From NCBI GenBank assembly GCA_002632325.1, contig NSJK01000003.1, positions 37,957-101,956 of the forward strand: a stretch of 64,000 nucleotides of DNA. The letters run 5' to 3'. The notes beneath the pieces are model-generated. The model did no database searches, was not told where the DNA came from, and saw nothing but the letters and a program-made list of their open reading frames with translations. This stretch comes from Lysobacterales bacterium. GTDB lineage: Bacteria; Pseudomonadota; Gammaproteobacteria; Xanthomonadales; Rhodanobacteraceae. The position numbers were made by a program, and so were the translations under genes. Shown here piece after piece: positions 9,322 to 18,118 of the stretch (its first letter is position 1; each line of letters opens with the position of its first letter).

Positions 9322-10704
9322 TTACTTGGCCGTGACCTTCTGCGCAGCGCTCAAGGGCGCCTTCTCACCGCTGCTTTTTTCCATGCCGATCTCGTACCAG
9401 TAGGTACGCCCCGAGACCGCGGTCGTGTCGCGCCACTGGTAATTGGATGAGGTAGACGAAGGCTCGCCCATGCTGCGAATCAATTCCTTGTTCACGCGCA
9501 GGAATGGACCGCTCTCTGCATCCGCACGATAGATGATGTAGCCGTGAACCGCGGCATCATTTGCGACAGCCCAACGCAGCAAGGGGCCATTGCCAGGTGG
9601 CGGCACCTGTTCGGCATTCTCTACCACCTTCCTGATCTCCTGCTTGAGGTTCAAACCACTCGGCGCGGCTTCAACAGGTGAAGAAGTGCCCGCAGCAGCC
9701 TGCTTTTCTTCGAGTTCCTTGTTGAGGTCGTGCACCTTCATTTCTGGTGGCAGCAGCATGCCGACTACTTCGATCGGCAGGGTGCGCTTGAAGTCGGGCA
9801 GATCGACCAGGATCTTGCCCTGCAGCTTGCCAGCCTGCTGCTTGTTGTCGATCAGCACACGCAGCATTCGGCATCCCTTTTCGGCAGGCACGCAGGGCAC
9901 GACATCCACCTTGCCCTTGACCTGATCCAGTTTCGCGCTACCAATCTTGAAATCCTTGCCCGATGCGCTGGTCAGGCGAATCAGGAATTCGTTCTTCGCA
10001 TTCGTGCGCATGAGGCCGAACGCAAACGGATTGCCGTTGGGTGCGATCTCACCGATCAGGTTGCCCTCGATCTCGACGCGCGCCAGCGGCTGCTGCGGCG
10101 CATTGATCTTGAGCACGACCAAGCCGTGCAGCAGACCCCAAGGCGCGTCCTTCTTCAGCGTCGCGCGCAGGCTGCGCCCATCCGCACCGATGGTCACATC
10201 CAGGTAATCCGGCTTTGACTCGACGCCCAGGATGCGGAAATCCACCACCTCGCGGCTGCCGAGCGTCAGTTCTTTGCTTGCCAGCCCATCACTTGCCTTC
10301 ACGACTCCAAAGGCCAGCGTGGGCACGGTCTGGTCGAGCACGGTCGAAACAAAGCCATCCACGCTGACCGCACGTTGGGCCAATAGGCCGGGCTCGCTGG
10401 TCGCGAAACGAAACGAATGTTTGGCAAAGCCCGGCCGATCACGCAGCGAAACCGTGGTCTTGAGATATGCCGCGCCATGCGGCGGCACGACGACACCCGG
10501 CGCGATGCTGTCCCATTTGTAGAACGCTTCGGCCCCGGAAATCGTGATCGGCGTGTCGCCGGTATTGTGCAGGCTGATGTCGCAGCTCGTTGTTTCGAAC
10601 TGCTGGCGATCGCCAACCTGGCAGGCCTCGATCACGAGATTGGACTTGGGCGCTGGCGCGGCGGCAGCCAGCAAGGAAAGGAACACTGGGACAATCATGG
10701 GCAT
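9322..10704 (-). CDS. Secreted hypothetical protein; repeated Ig-like (DUF1573/ASH-like) modules and a C-terminal FN3-like module
   Basis: ORF 9322..10704. Signal peptide MPMIVPVFLSLLAAAAPAP; AGGA RBS about 8 nt upstream. SCDISLHNTGDTPITISG resembles the DUF1573 motif. C-terminus ..GYIIYRADAESGPF...YWYEI.. is FN3-like. Local GC is lower than the surroundings. Confidence 0.7.
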   Translation of the reverse strand: MPMIVPVFLSLLAAAAPAPKSNLVIEACQVGDRQQFETTSCDISLHNTGDTPITISGAEAFYKWDSIAPGVVVPPHGAAYLKTTVSLRDRPGFAKHSFRFATSEPGLLAQRAVSVDGFVSTVLDQTVPTLAFGVVKASDGLASKELTLGSREVVDFRILGVESKPDYLDVTIGADGRSLRATLKKDAPWGLLHGLVVLKINAPQQPLARVEIEGNLIGEIAPNGNPFAFGLMRTNAKNEFLIRLTSASGKDFKIGSAKLDQVKGKVDVVPCVPAEKGCRMLRVLIDNKQQAGKLQGKILVDLPDFKRTLPIEVVGMLLPPEMKVHDLNKELEEKQAAAGTSSPVEAAPSGLNLKQEIRKVVENAEQVPPPGNGPLLRWAVANDAAVHGYIIYRADAESGPFLRVNKELIRSMGEPSSTSSNYQWRDTTAVSGRTYWYEIGMEKSSGEKAPLSAAQKVTAK

Positions 10705-10720
10705 GGTTCATCCTGGCAAT

Positions 10721-10751
10721 AAAAAAACCCACCTGCGTTGCCGCAGGTGGG
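10721..10751 (-). terminator. Rho-independent terminator downstream of the 167-aa gene
   Basis: Minus strand reads cccacctgcg-gcaa-cgcaggtggg followed by TTTTTTT (plus strand: aaaaaaa cccacctgcg ttgc cgcaggtggg). Confidence 0.8.
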
Positions 10752-10782
10752 TTCATGAGACTCAAACCGCTACAGCAATCGA

Positions 10783-11286
10783 TCAACCGACCGAGAAGCT
10801 CTGCAGCGTGACCGGCAGGGTACCATTGGCAGTGGCGGTGAAAGTGCCGCAGGCACCGGCGGGATCGAAATCCGCGCCAGTAATGATGAGATAGTACGAA
10901 CCCGGCGGGGTGTCTCCATGAAGCATTGGAGACCCAGCGTCGCCGGACGCAGTGCAATTCGCATCAGTATTACAGCCGCTGCTCGTCGGCACGACAAATG
11001 CAGCAAGCGAATAACCTGCACCATTGGTGAAGGTAATGTTGGTATACGTGCCCGCGGCAGCAACATTAATTTGTGCAATGTACGCTGCGGCTGGTGCACC
11101 GAAGCCACCTTGGCACACACTGATAATGCCGGTCTCATTGCCCGGCCCACAAGTCGTACCGGAGAGCACGGGAACTCCCGACGTATCGGGATTCCAAGTT
11201 GCAGGTGAGGCACACGTCTGCGCGCCAGCGGACGCACTGAACAGCGCCGAGAGGGCAATCGCACCACAGAGCAGATTAAGCTTCAT
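10783..11286 (-). CDS. Small secreted Cys-rich hypothetical protein
   Basis: ORF 10783..11286. Signal peptide MKLNLLCGAIALSALFSASAGAQT; six Cys after the cleavage site; ends ..GTLPVTLQSFSVG. No family recognised. Confidence 0.65.
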   Translation of the reverse strand: MKLNLLCGAIALSALFSASAGAQTCASPATWNPDTSGVPVLSGTTCGPGNETGIISVCQGGFGAPAAAYIAQINVAAAGTYTNITFTNGAGYSLAAFVVPTSSGCNTDANCTASGDAGSPMLHGDTPPGSYYLIITGADFDPAGACGTFTATANGTLPVTLQSFSVG

Positions 11287-11329
11287 TTATCGTCACTCCT
11301 ATCTGATTATTTGATACTGGAACCACAAC

Positions 11330-12076
11330 TCAATAGCCGATATAGGTCTGGCGGCGTGAATCGAACTGGTCAAACTTCACGACCTGAGTCGCGTGATTGT
11401 TCTTGAATGTTGAGCTAGGCGCTGTCAGCCCGAGGGACGCGGCAGATACCCCACCCCAAGCAGCATTGTCGAGATTGGCGATCGTGCCCGAAGCTGCCGG
11501 CTCGGTCGTACCTGCTGCCGCATTGACCCAAAAGGTCAACTGACCTGCAGCGCCCGCACCGACCGTCAGCTTGCCTTCGATACGATTCACGCCGGCAACG
11601 AGGTCGGTCGCAAAGGTCTGGTTGCAGGTGCCGGTAGCACAGGAAGCAATGAAACGCACGCGCTTTGCGCCTGCGGGGCCAGGAACGATCGACACGCGGA
11701 GCAAACGATTGAGGCCACCAGAGGTCGTTGTCGCAGGTGCTTGGAATGCGGCGACATTATCGGTTGTGCCGAATGAGCTCAAATTGGTCGTGTCAATCAA
11801 AAATTGGAAACGATAGCTAGGCTCGGACGCAGCATGATTGTAGCGCACGAATGCCGACGACGAAATCGAACTACCCAAAGACGACTCCAACAAGCATTCG
11901 GTGCTTGCCAAACCCGGGGTAGCAACCGCAAGCGCGCCTCCACCCAAGGTTGTCTTGCTCGTCCACGCACCACCCTCAGCCGTCGTCGGACCCGACGGGC
12001 AGGCCGCCATCGCCGCACCGGCGAAACCGAACAGACCGACCACCGCGAGCGACAGAACTTTCATCTTCGTATTCAT
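11330..12076 (-). CDS. Secreted hypothetical protein
   Basis: In frame within ORF 11330..12700. Start moved to ATG 12076 (GGAGA RBS upstream), giving MNTKMKVLSLAVVGLFGFAGAAMA (signal peptide). The upstream part of the track ORF is translated REP sequence. No family recognised. Confidence 0.65.
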   Translation of the reverse strand: MNTKMKVLSLAVVGLFGFAGAAMAACPSGPTTAEGGAWTSKTTLGGGALAVATPGLASTECLLESSLGSSISSSAFVRYNHAASEPSYRFQFLIDTTNLSSFGTTDNVAAFQAPATTTSGGLNRLLRVSIVPGPAGAKRVRFIASCATGTCNQTFATDLVAGVNRIEGKLTVGAGAAGQLTFWVNAAAGTTEPAASGTIANLDNAAWGGVSAASLGLTAPSSTFKNNHATQVVKFDQFDSRRQTYIGY

Positions 12077-12356
12077 GGATAAATCTCCCAGAGTGTCTCG
12101 GGCGGAGCGGTTCGCTCCCGTCCCCATTGGTTTTGAAGTGGTCAACCAAGCCCGATCCGCGCGAACACTAGTGAAATCTTGACACAGTGTCAACATCGGA
12201 CAAGGCGTGGGCCTGGTCGACCTTCCCGGTACGAATCGGGGTGCCTTGATGGCTTCCCGACCCTGCCGGCGGCATATCGCCCCCGGCCCACGTTGGACAA
12301 GAACGCAGCAGAGGGGCAAAAGCGGACACGCGAGTCCAAGGGCGCTCCTGCGCGCA

Positions 12357-12975
12357 CCGAGCCGAGCAAGCTCGGCTCTACAAGACGCAGGCCCGTAGAG
12401 CGGAGCTTGCTCCGCTGCCCCGCTCCTTGCGTGCCCCGAGCCGAGCAAGCTCGGCTCTACAAGACGCGCCCCGTAGAGCGGAGCTTGCTCCGCTGCCCCG
12501 CTCCTTGCGTGCCCCGAGCCGAGCAAGCTCGGTTCTACAAGACACAGCCCCCGTAGAGCGGGGCTTGCTCCGCTGCTCTGCTCCTTGCGCGAACCGAGCC
12601 GAGCAAGCTCGGCTCTACAAGACGCAGCCACCGTAGAGCGGGGCTTGCTCCGCTGCCCCGCTCCTTGCGTGACCCGAGCCGAGCAAGCTCGGCTCCACAA
12701 GACGCAGGCCCGTAGAGCGGAGCTTGCTCCGCTGCCCTGCTCCTTGCGTGCCCCGAGCCGAGCGAGCTCGGCTCTACAAGACGCAGCCCCCGTAGAGCGG
12801 AGCTTGCTCCGCTGCCCCGCTCCTTGCGTGCCCCGAGCCGAGCAAGCTCGGCTCTACAAGACGCGCCCCGTAGAGCGGAGCTTGCTCCGCTGCTCTGCTC
12901 CTTGCGTGCCCCGAGCCGAGCGAGCTCGGTTCTACAAGACGCAGCCCCCGTAGAGCGGGGCTTGCTCCGCTGCGC
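12357..12975. repeat. Array of about 8 tandem ~79-bp REP-type units, each with two GTAG/CTAC-flanked palindromes
   Basis: Each unit contains GAGCCGAGCAAGCTCGGCTCTAC and GTAGAGCGG(A/G)GCTTGCTCCGCT. These recur at about 12358, 12437, 12516, 12595, 12675, 12754, 12834 and 12913. Confidence 0.9.
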
Positions 12976-13005
12976 CAGCCCTCACCCGCCGCGTGCCATC
13001 CCAGC

Positions 13006-13476
13006 CTAGCGGTTGCCCGCCGAGGATCGGCGGCGGCTTGGTGCCGTGCCGTATCCCGAGCTTGGCTCCTGGACCTTGCCGGTGTCGGCGGCTTGCGCGA
13101 CACATCGGGGGCGCAGCCAGGCGGCGAAGGCTTCGGCTTCGAGTCGGCCTTCGGCGAGGGCGAGCATGGCCGTGTATTTTTCCTCTGCTTCGGCGATGAC
13201 GTCGGCCCCGTTGATGATCAGGAAAGTTCGGCACGCAACCCAAGCGGTACGCTTGTTGCCATCGAGAAACGGATGATTGCGTGAGATGCCATGGGCGAGC
13301 GCGGCCGCCAGATCAGCAAGATCCGGCGATGGCTCGCCATAAGCGTGCAATTGCCGGGGCCGCGCCAGCGCCGATTCCAGAAGTGTCTCGTCGCGGACAC
13401 CCGACAGGCCGCCGTGCTCGGCAAGCTGGCGCTCGTGAACCGCCAGAAGCAGTCGTCTCTCGATCCAAACGATCAC
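13006..13476 (-). CDS. doc: Doc (death-on-curing) family toxin, Fic fold
   Basis: ORF 13006..13476. LLESALARP.., Fic/Doc motif HPFLDGNKRTAWVA. The C-terminal about 30 aa run towards the REP array and may not be native. Confidence 0.85.
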   Translation of the reverse strand: MIVWIERRLLLAVHERQLAEHGGLSGVRDETLLESALARPRQLHAYGEPSPDLADLAAALAHGISRNHPFLDGNKRTAWVACRTFLIINGADVIAEAEEKYTAMLALAEGRLEAEAFAAWLRPRCVAQAADTGKVQEPSSGYGTAPSRRRSSAGNR

Positions 13477-13489
13477 GGGACGTCACTCT

Positions 13490-13711
13490 TCATTGTGCGA
13501 GCATGCGCAACAGGTCGCGGTCTTCTCGCATGACGCGCTCGGCCACGTCCATCTGTTGCTCGAACACCGGGTCGTAGGGCGCGAGCTTGATGCCGTCGGT
13601 GAGCTCGGTCACGAACAGGGTGTCGCCCTTGTCCACGCGCAGGCGCGCGAGCAGTTCCTTGGGCAGGATGACACCGACCGAATTGCCGACCGTGGTGATC
13701 TTGAGTCGCAT
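13490..13711 (-). CDS. AbrB/MazE/SpoVT-type antitoxin partner of Doc
   Basis: ORF 13490..13753. Start moved to ATG 13711 (MRLKITTVGNSVGVILPKELLARLRVDKGDTLFV, a swapped-hairpin AbrB motif). 13-nt gap to doc. Confidence 0.8.
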   Translation of the reverse strand: MRLKITTVGNSVGVILPKELLARLRVDKGDTLFVTELTDGIKLAPYDPVFEQQMDVAERVMREDRDLLRMLAQ

Positions 13712-13796
13712 GGATGTGCTCCAGTGTGGTTCTTGGAAATTGTTATAACACACGTTTCATACCCTTGAGCCGTTGCCGGAGAACACGATGACCCTT

Positions 13797-14342
13797 GCGC
13801 GGCCCGAGCCGAGCGAGCTCGGCTCTACAAGACGCGCCATCCGAAGAGCGGAGCTTGCTCCGCTCCCCGGCGTCCGGTCGGGCCTGCCGGCCCTCCTACA
13901 CAAGCGCGCGAACCAGGCCGAGCAAGCTCGAACGTCACGAGTCGAGCGAGCTCGGCTCTACAAGACGCGCCATCCGAAGAGCGGAGCTTGCTCCGCTCCC
14001 CGGCGTCCGGTCGGGCCTGCCGGCCCTCCTACACAAGCGCGAACCAGGCCGAGCAAGCTCGAACGTCACGAGCCGAGCGAGCTCGGCTCTACAAGAGCGC
14101 CGCGCGCCAAATACACGCGTATAGACAAGCCCACCTTCGTAGAGCGGAGCTTGCTCCGCTCCCCGGCCTCCGGTCGGGCCTGCCGGCCCTCCTACACAAG
14201 CGCGCGAACCAGGCCGAGCACGCTCGAACGTCACGAGTCGAGCGAGCTCGGCTCTACAAGACGCGCCCCGTAGAGCGGAGCTTGCTCCGCTGCCCTTGTT
14301 CTTTCGCGGCCCGAGCCGAGCGAGCTCGGCTCCACAAGACAC
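13797..14342. repeat. Second, composite REP array (about 4-5 units of ~130 bp) built from the same GTAG palindromes plus extra hairpins
   Basis: GAGCCGAGCGAGCTCGGCTCTACAAGACGC...GAGCGGAGCTTGCTCCGCTCC...GGTCGGGCCTGCCGGCC...CCGAGCAAGCTCG recurs at about 13805, 13940, 14071, 14240 and 14311. Confidence 0.85.
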
Positions 14343-14435
14343 ACCAAGCTGCACACAACGCGTGGACGAGCGCGCTGATTTGACCGACTCCCGCCCAGCC
14401 GCGAGAATCGCGATCCCTGAACCTCGCCCTGCCTC

Positions 14436-15179
14436 GTGGCTTCGATCCCTCCCCCGCCCAAATCCGCGCGCTGTCTCGCGGTGATTCCCGCGCGCAATGA
14501 AGGCGCGAGCGTCGCCGAGGTCGTGGCTGGCGTGCGGCAGGCGCTGGCCTGCGATGTGCTGGTGATCGACGATGCCAGCAGCGACGACACCCGGGCGCGC
14601 GCGGCCGAAGCCGGCGCGATCACCCTGCGCCTGCCCCTTGGCCTGGGCGCCTGGGGCGCGACCCAGACCGGGATCCGCTACGCCTTCCGTCACGGTTACG
14701 ACAGCGTGATCGCGCTCGATGCCGATGGCCAGCACCTGCCCGAGACTCTGCCGACCCTGTTCGCAACCCAGGCCGCGCACGGCGCCGATGTCGTGATCGG
14801 TACCTGTGTCGAGCGCCTGAGCCGCGCCAAGCGCGTCGCCTGGTGGTATCTGCGCCTGCTCACGGGCCTCAGGATCGCCGATCTGACCTCGGGCCTGCGT
14901 CTCTACGACCGCCGCGCGATCGAGCTGCTGGCCGGTCCGGATGCGAGCCTGCTCGACTATCAGGACATCGGCGTGCTCATGCTGCTGGCCCGCAAGGGCC
15001 TGCGCATCGAGGAAACTCCGGTGCCGATGCGTGAACGGCGCGCGGGGCACTCGCGTGTCTTTGCTTCCTGGCCGGTGGTGGCGAGCTACATGGCCCATAC
15101 CACCGTGCTGTGCCTGTCGCGGCTCGACGCGGGCCGCCGCAGCGCGCGCTCCGTGCGCAGGGCGCAGTCTTCATGCTGA
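14436..15179 (+). CDS. Family 2 glycosyltransferase (polyprenyl-phosphate sugar synthase-like, GtrB/DPM1-like)
   Basis: ORF 14436..15179 (GTG start). AVIPARNEGASVAEVV.., VIDDASSDDT, ALDADGQH (DxD-type) motifs. Confidence 0.8.
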   Translation: MASIPPPPKSARCLAVIPARNEGASVAEVVAGVRQALACDVLVIDDASSDDTRARAAEAGAITLRLPLGLGAWGATQTGIRYAFRHGYDSVIALDADGQHLPETLPTLFATQAAHGADVVIGTCVERLSRAKRVAWWYLRLLTGLRIADLTSGLRLYDRRAIELLAGPDASLLDYQDIGVLMLLARKGLRIEETPVPMRERRAGHSRVFASWPVVASYMAHTTVLCLSRLDAGRRSARSVRRAQSSC

Positions 15180-15553
15180 CCGGCCAGATCACCTCGGCGA
15201 TCCTCGGCGCGGCGATCGCGGGGGCGATCCTGTTCCTCGTGCGTCGCGACCACCTGCATGGACCGTATGCGCTGTGGTGGCTCGGCGTCGCCGCGGCCAC
15301 CTTCGTGCTCGGCGTGTTCCCGCAGGTGGTGGTTTGGATGGGCAATGTCACCGGCATCTTCTATCCGCCGGTGTTGCCGATCATCGTCGCGGTCGCGCTG
15401 ATCCTGATCCGCCTGCTCAAGCTCGACATCGACCGCTCGCGCCAGGAGCGCCAACTGCGCCGACTGACACAGAAACTGGCGATCCTCGAACAGGAACTCG
15501 ATCGCCTCGGTGGCAGCCTGCCCGCCGCTTCCAGCGACGACGAACTCGATTGA
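15173..15553 (+). CDS. Small membrane protein, DUF2304-like
   Basis: In frame within ORF 15110..15553. ATG 15173 overlaps the GT2 3' end. Three or four TM segments, then a coiled C-terminus (RQERQLRRLTQKLAILEQELDRL). DUF2304 genes typically accompany GtrB-like GT2 genes. Confidence 0.65.
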   Translation: MLTGQITSAILGAAIAGAILFLVRRDHLHGPYALWWLGVAAATFVLGVFPQVVVWMGNVTGIFYPPVLPIIVAVALILIRLLKLDIDRSRQERQLRRLTQKLAILEQELDRLGGSLPAASSDDELD

Positions 15554-15566
15554 GCATGGCCGGCGC

Positions 15567-16715
15567 ATGCGCATCCTGCACCTTGGCAAGTATTACGCGC
15601 CCGAGCGTGGCGGCATCGAACGACATACACAGGCGCTGGCCGAATACTGCAGCGGGCAGGGCGATGCGGTCGCCACCCTCGTGCATGCGCGACCCGGACA
15701 ATGGCATTCCACGCGGGAAACGCTCAACGGCGTGACGGTCTACCGCAGCGGCTGTGTGGCCGCGCCGGTGTACACGCCGCTCAGTCCCGCCCTGCCCTGG
15801 CAGTTCCTTCGCGCGCTGCGCGAGTTCAAACCCGAACTCCTGCACCTGCACCTGCCCAATCCATCCTGCTTTCTTGCCTTGGTACTGCCTGCTGCGCGCC
15901 GTCTGCCGTGGATCGTGCATTGGCATGCCGACGTACCGCCCGATGCGCCCGATTGGCGCCTGCGCCTGGGTTATCGCGTCTATCGCCCGTTCGAACAGGC
16001 ACTGCTCGCACGCGCACATGCGGTGATCGCGACCTCGCAGGCCTATCTCGATGCGAGCCTCGCACTGACGCCGTGGCGCACCAAGGCCCGGGTCATTCCG
16101 CTCGGCATTGCCGCCGCACCCAACGCACACGGAGATCCAGGACGCTGGCCGGCGGGCAATGGTTTGCGTCTGCTCGCAGTCGGTCGACTCAGCCGCTACA
16201 AGGGCTTCGACGTGCTCATCGACGCGCTCGCCACACGCAGCGAGGATCGCCTGTTGTTGATCGGCGCGGGTGAATGCGAGGTGCAATTGCGTGCACAAGC
16301 GCAGGCGCGCGGATTGTCGGCACGCGTGGCGTTTGCCGGTGATGTCGACGACGCGAGTCTCGCGCAGGCCTATGCGGGCGCCGATGCGTTCGTGCTGCCC
16401 TCGCGCGATCGCGGCGAAGCCTTCGGTCTGGTGCTGCTCGAAGCGATGCGCGCCGGGCTGCCCGTGGTTGCGAGCGCAATTCCAGGCTCAGGTGTGACCA
16501 GCGTGGTCGTCGATGGAGAAACCGGCGTACTCGTGCCGCCCGACGACGCAGACGCCCTCGCTGCCGCGCTTGCACGCTTCGATGATGGCGGCATGCGTGC
16601 ACGCTTTGGCACTGCAGGCCGTGCCCGCTGGGCCGAACACTACACGCTCGCCCATTCGGCTGACGCCACGCGCCGCCTCTACGCCGCAGCGCTCGGGGCA
16701 TCGGCGTCGGCCTGA
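15567..16715 (+). CDS. Family 4 (GT-B) glycosyltransferase
   Basis: In frame within ORF 15510..16715. ATG 15567 gives MRILHLGKYYAPERGGIERH. C-terminal signature ..PSRDRGEAFGLVLLEAMRAGLPVVAS..G...VVDGETGVLVPP. Confidence 0.85.
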   Translation: MRILHLGKYYAPERGGIERHTQALAEYCSGQGDAVATLVHARPGQWHSTRETLNGVTVYRSGCVAAPVYTPLSPALPWQFLRALREFKPELLHLHLPNPSCFLALVLPAARRLPWIVHWHADVPPDAPDWRLRLGYRVYRPFEQALLARAHAVIATSQAYLDASLALTPWRTKARVIPLGIAAAPNAHGDPGRWPAGNGLRLLAVGRLSRYKGFDVLIDALATRSEDRLLLIGAGECEVQLRAQAQARGLSARVAFAGDVDDASLAQAYAGADAFVLPSRDRGEAFGLVLLEAMRAGLPVVASAIPGSGVTSVVVDGETGVLVPPDDADALAAALARFDDGGMRARFGTAGRARWAEHYTLAHSADATRRLYAAALGASASA

Positions 16716-18118
16716 TCGCCCACACAGGATTTGGCTGCACGATCCGGCGTGGTCACCGCAAGCACCAGCAGACTCACGAGCAAGGGCGTGATCTGCAGCA
16801 GCAGGCGATTGACCGCCGAATAGCTTTGCGCATAGCGCGCGGCGGTGGTGAACAGGAACAGACCGATCATCACCGCGAAGGGCAAGGCCACGAAAGCCGC
16901 CAGACGCCGCGTCATCGGCGAGCTGATCCAATTCCGGAAATTGCCGATCAGCACCGCCGGCAGCACGAACCAGAGCAGGTTCCAGTTCCACTGCGCCCAC
17001 AAGGCCGCGGCGAGCGCTGCTGCCGAATTGCCGATCTGGTCAAGATCGAAGAAGCGGCCGCTGTCGAGATAGCGCCGCGCCACACCGATCCACGATACCC
17101 CCAAGGCGATCGACGCCAGCACCAGTGCGATCAGCACCACAAAGCCGATTGCGAAACGGCGCACCTGCAAGCGCCGCGGCAAGGCACCAAACACGCAGGC
17201 GACGCCGAGCAGGATGCTCCAGGCGGCACCTTCGAGCTTGATCATCGGCAGCAGCACGATCGCAATGACGACGAACACGATCTGACGGCGTTCGCCAAGT
17301 GACCAGCGCAGCCAGGCATGCACACCGAGCGCAAGCGCTGCGGCAACCCAAAGATCCGCGTAGCCGCCCAGCGCCACGTGTGCGTCGAGCAGCGGCAATG
17401 AACCCAACGCGTAGGCGCCTGCGGTCGCAAACAGCGGCCGCACGCCGAGCGCACGCCAATGTCCGTACTGCAAGAGCATGAGCGAGATGCCCAGACCCAG
17501 CCAGGCCAAGGCGATCTGCGGCTCGACCCAATGCACGCCCGCGGCAAACCACACCGCAATCCACGACACCAGTTCGGGATAGAGCCAGGCAATGCCGGTG
17601 CGCGTGGCCGACTGGCTCTGCGCAATCCAGGTTTCGACCGGCACCGACGGCTCGATATGGCCGGCGAGCACCCAGGCCTTGGCCTTGCTGAGCCAGACCG
17701 CCCACGCATCCCACGGCAGGATCGGATGCAGGAGGATGTCGTCAAACAACAGCGCAACGCGCCAACACAGCATTGCCAGCACCAGCGCAATCCAGATCCG
17801 ATCTGCGGTCGTGGTGCGCCAGAGCATCGGCGCAGCAGCGGCATCGGGCGTGCGGCTTCGCAGCGCCCACGACAGCGCCCACAGCACGCCACCGCCGATC
17901 ACCGTCGTAATCGCCACGCGCGAAAGCGCCGATCCAAGCTCGTTGCCGGCAAGCGCGCGTACCAGCAGAGCACACACCATTGCGCCGAGGATCCAGCCGC
18001 CGCCGAGCGCACACCAGCGCTCACCCGCACGGCGTGGCCAGCCGGACATCGCCACCCATGCACCACTGCCAAGCAGAAGCGTCGCCAGCCACACGGTGAG
18101 CACGGTGACGACAGTCAT
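16679..18118 (-). CDS. Polytopic membrane protein (more than 10 TM segments); possible GT-C-type or O-antigen-ligase-like enzyme, function not assignable
   Basis: ORF 16679..18118. Hydrophobic throughout. Its 3' end overlaps the convergent GT4 gene by 37 nt. Its start overlaps the upstream gene stop (ATGA). Confidence 0.55.
   Translation of the reverse strand: MTVVTVLTVWLATLLLGSGAWVAMSGWPRRAGERWCALGGGWILGAMVCALLVRALAGNELGSALSRVAITTVIGGGVLWALSWALRSRTPDAAAAPMLWRTTTADRIWIALVLAMLCWRVALLFDDILLHPILPWDAWAVWLSKAKAWVLAGHIEPSVPVETWIAQSQSATRTGIAWLYPELVSWIAVWFAAGVHWVEPQIALAWLGLGISLMLLQYGHWRALGVRPLFATAGAYALGSLPLLDAHVALGGYADLWVAAALALGVHAWLRWSLGERRQIVFVVIAIVLLPMIKLEGAAWSILLGVACVFGALPRRLQVRRFAIGFVVLIALVLASIALGVSWIGVARRYLDSGRFFDLDQIGNSAAALAAALWAQWNWNLLWFVLPAVLIGNFRNWISSPMTRRLAAFVALPFAVMIGLFLFTTAARYAQSYSAVNRLLLQITPLLVSLLVLAVTTPDRAAKSCVGDQADADAPSAAA

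Noticed and set aside
11330-12700. Full 456-aa version of the minus-strand ORF
   Set aside because: The N-terminal ~208 aa are REP-derived. A good RBS, an ATG and a signal peptide occur at 12076, so the gene was shortened to 11330..12076.
12179-13103. Several 60-125 aa ORFs on both strands inside REP array 1 (e.g. 12585..12953, 12774..13103)
   Set aside because: They are periodic translations of the ~79-bp palindromic units (..SLLRCPAPCVPRAEQARLYKT..), open in multiple frames on both strands. This is a repeat artefact, not coding.
13935-15098. 387-aa minus-strand ORF spanning REP array 2 and the GT2 gene
   Set aside because: It is antisense to a well-supported GT2 gene, and its N-terminal part is translated REP repeats. 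No domain signal.
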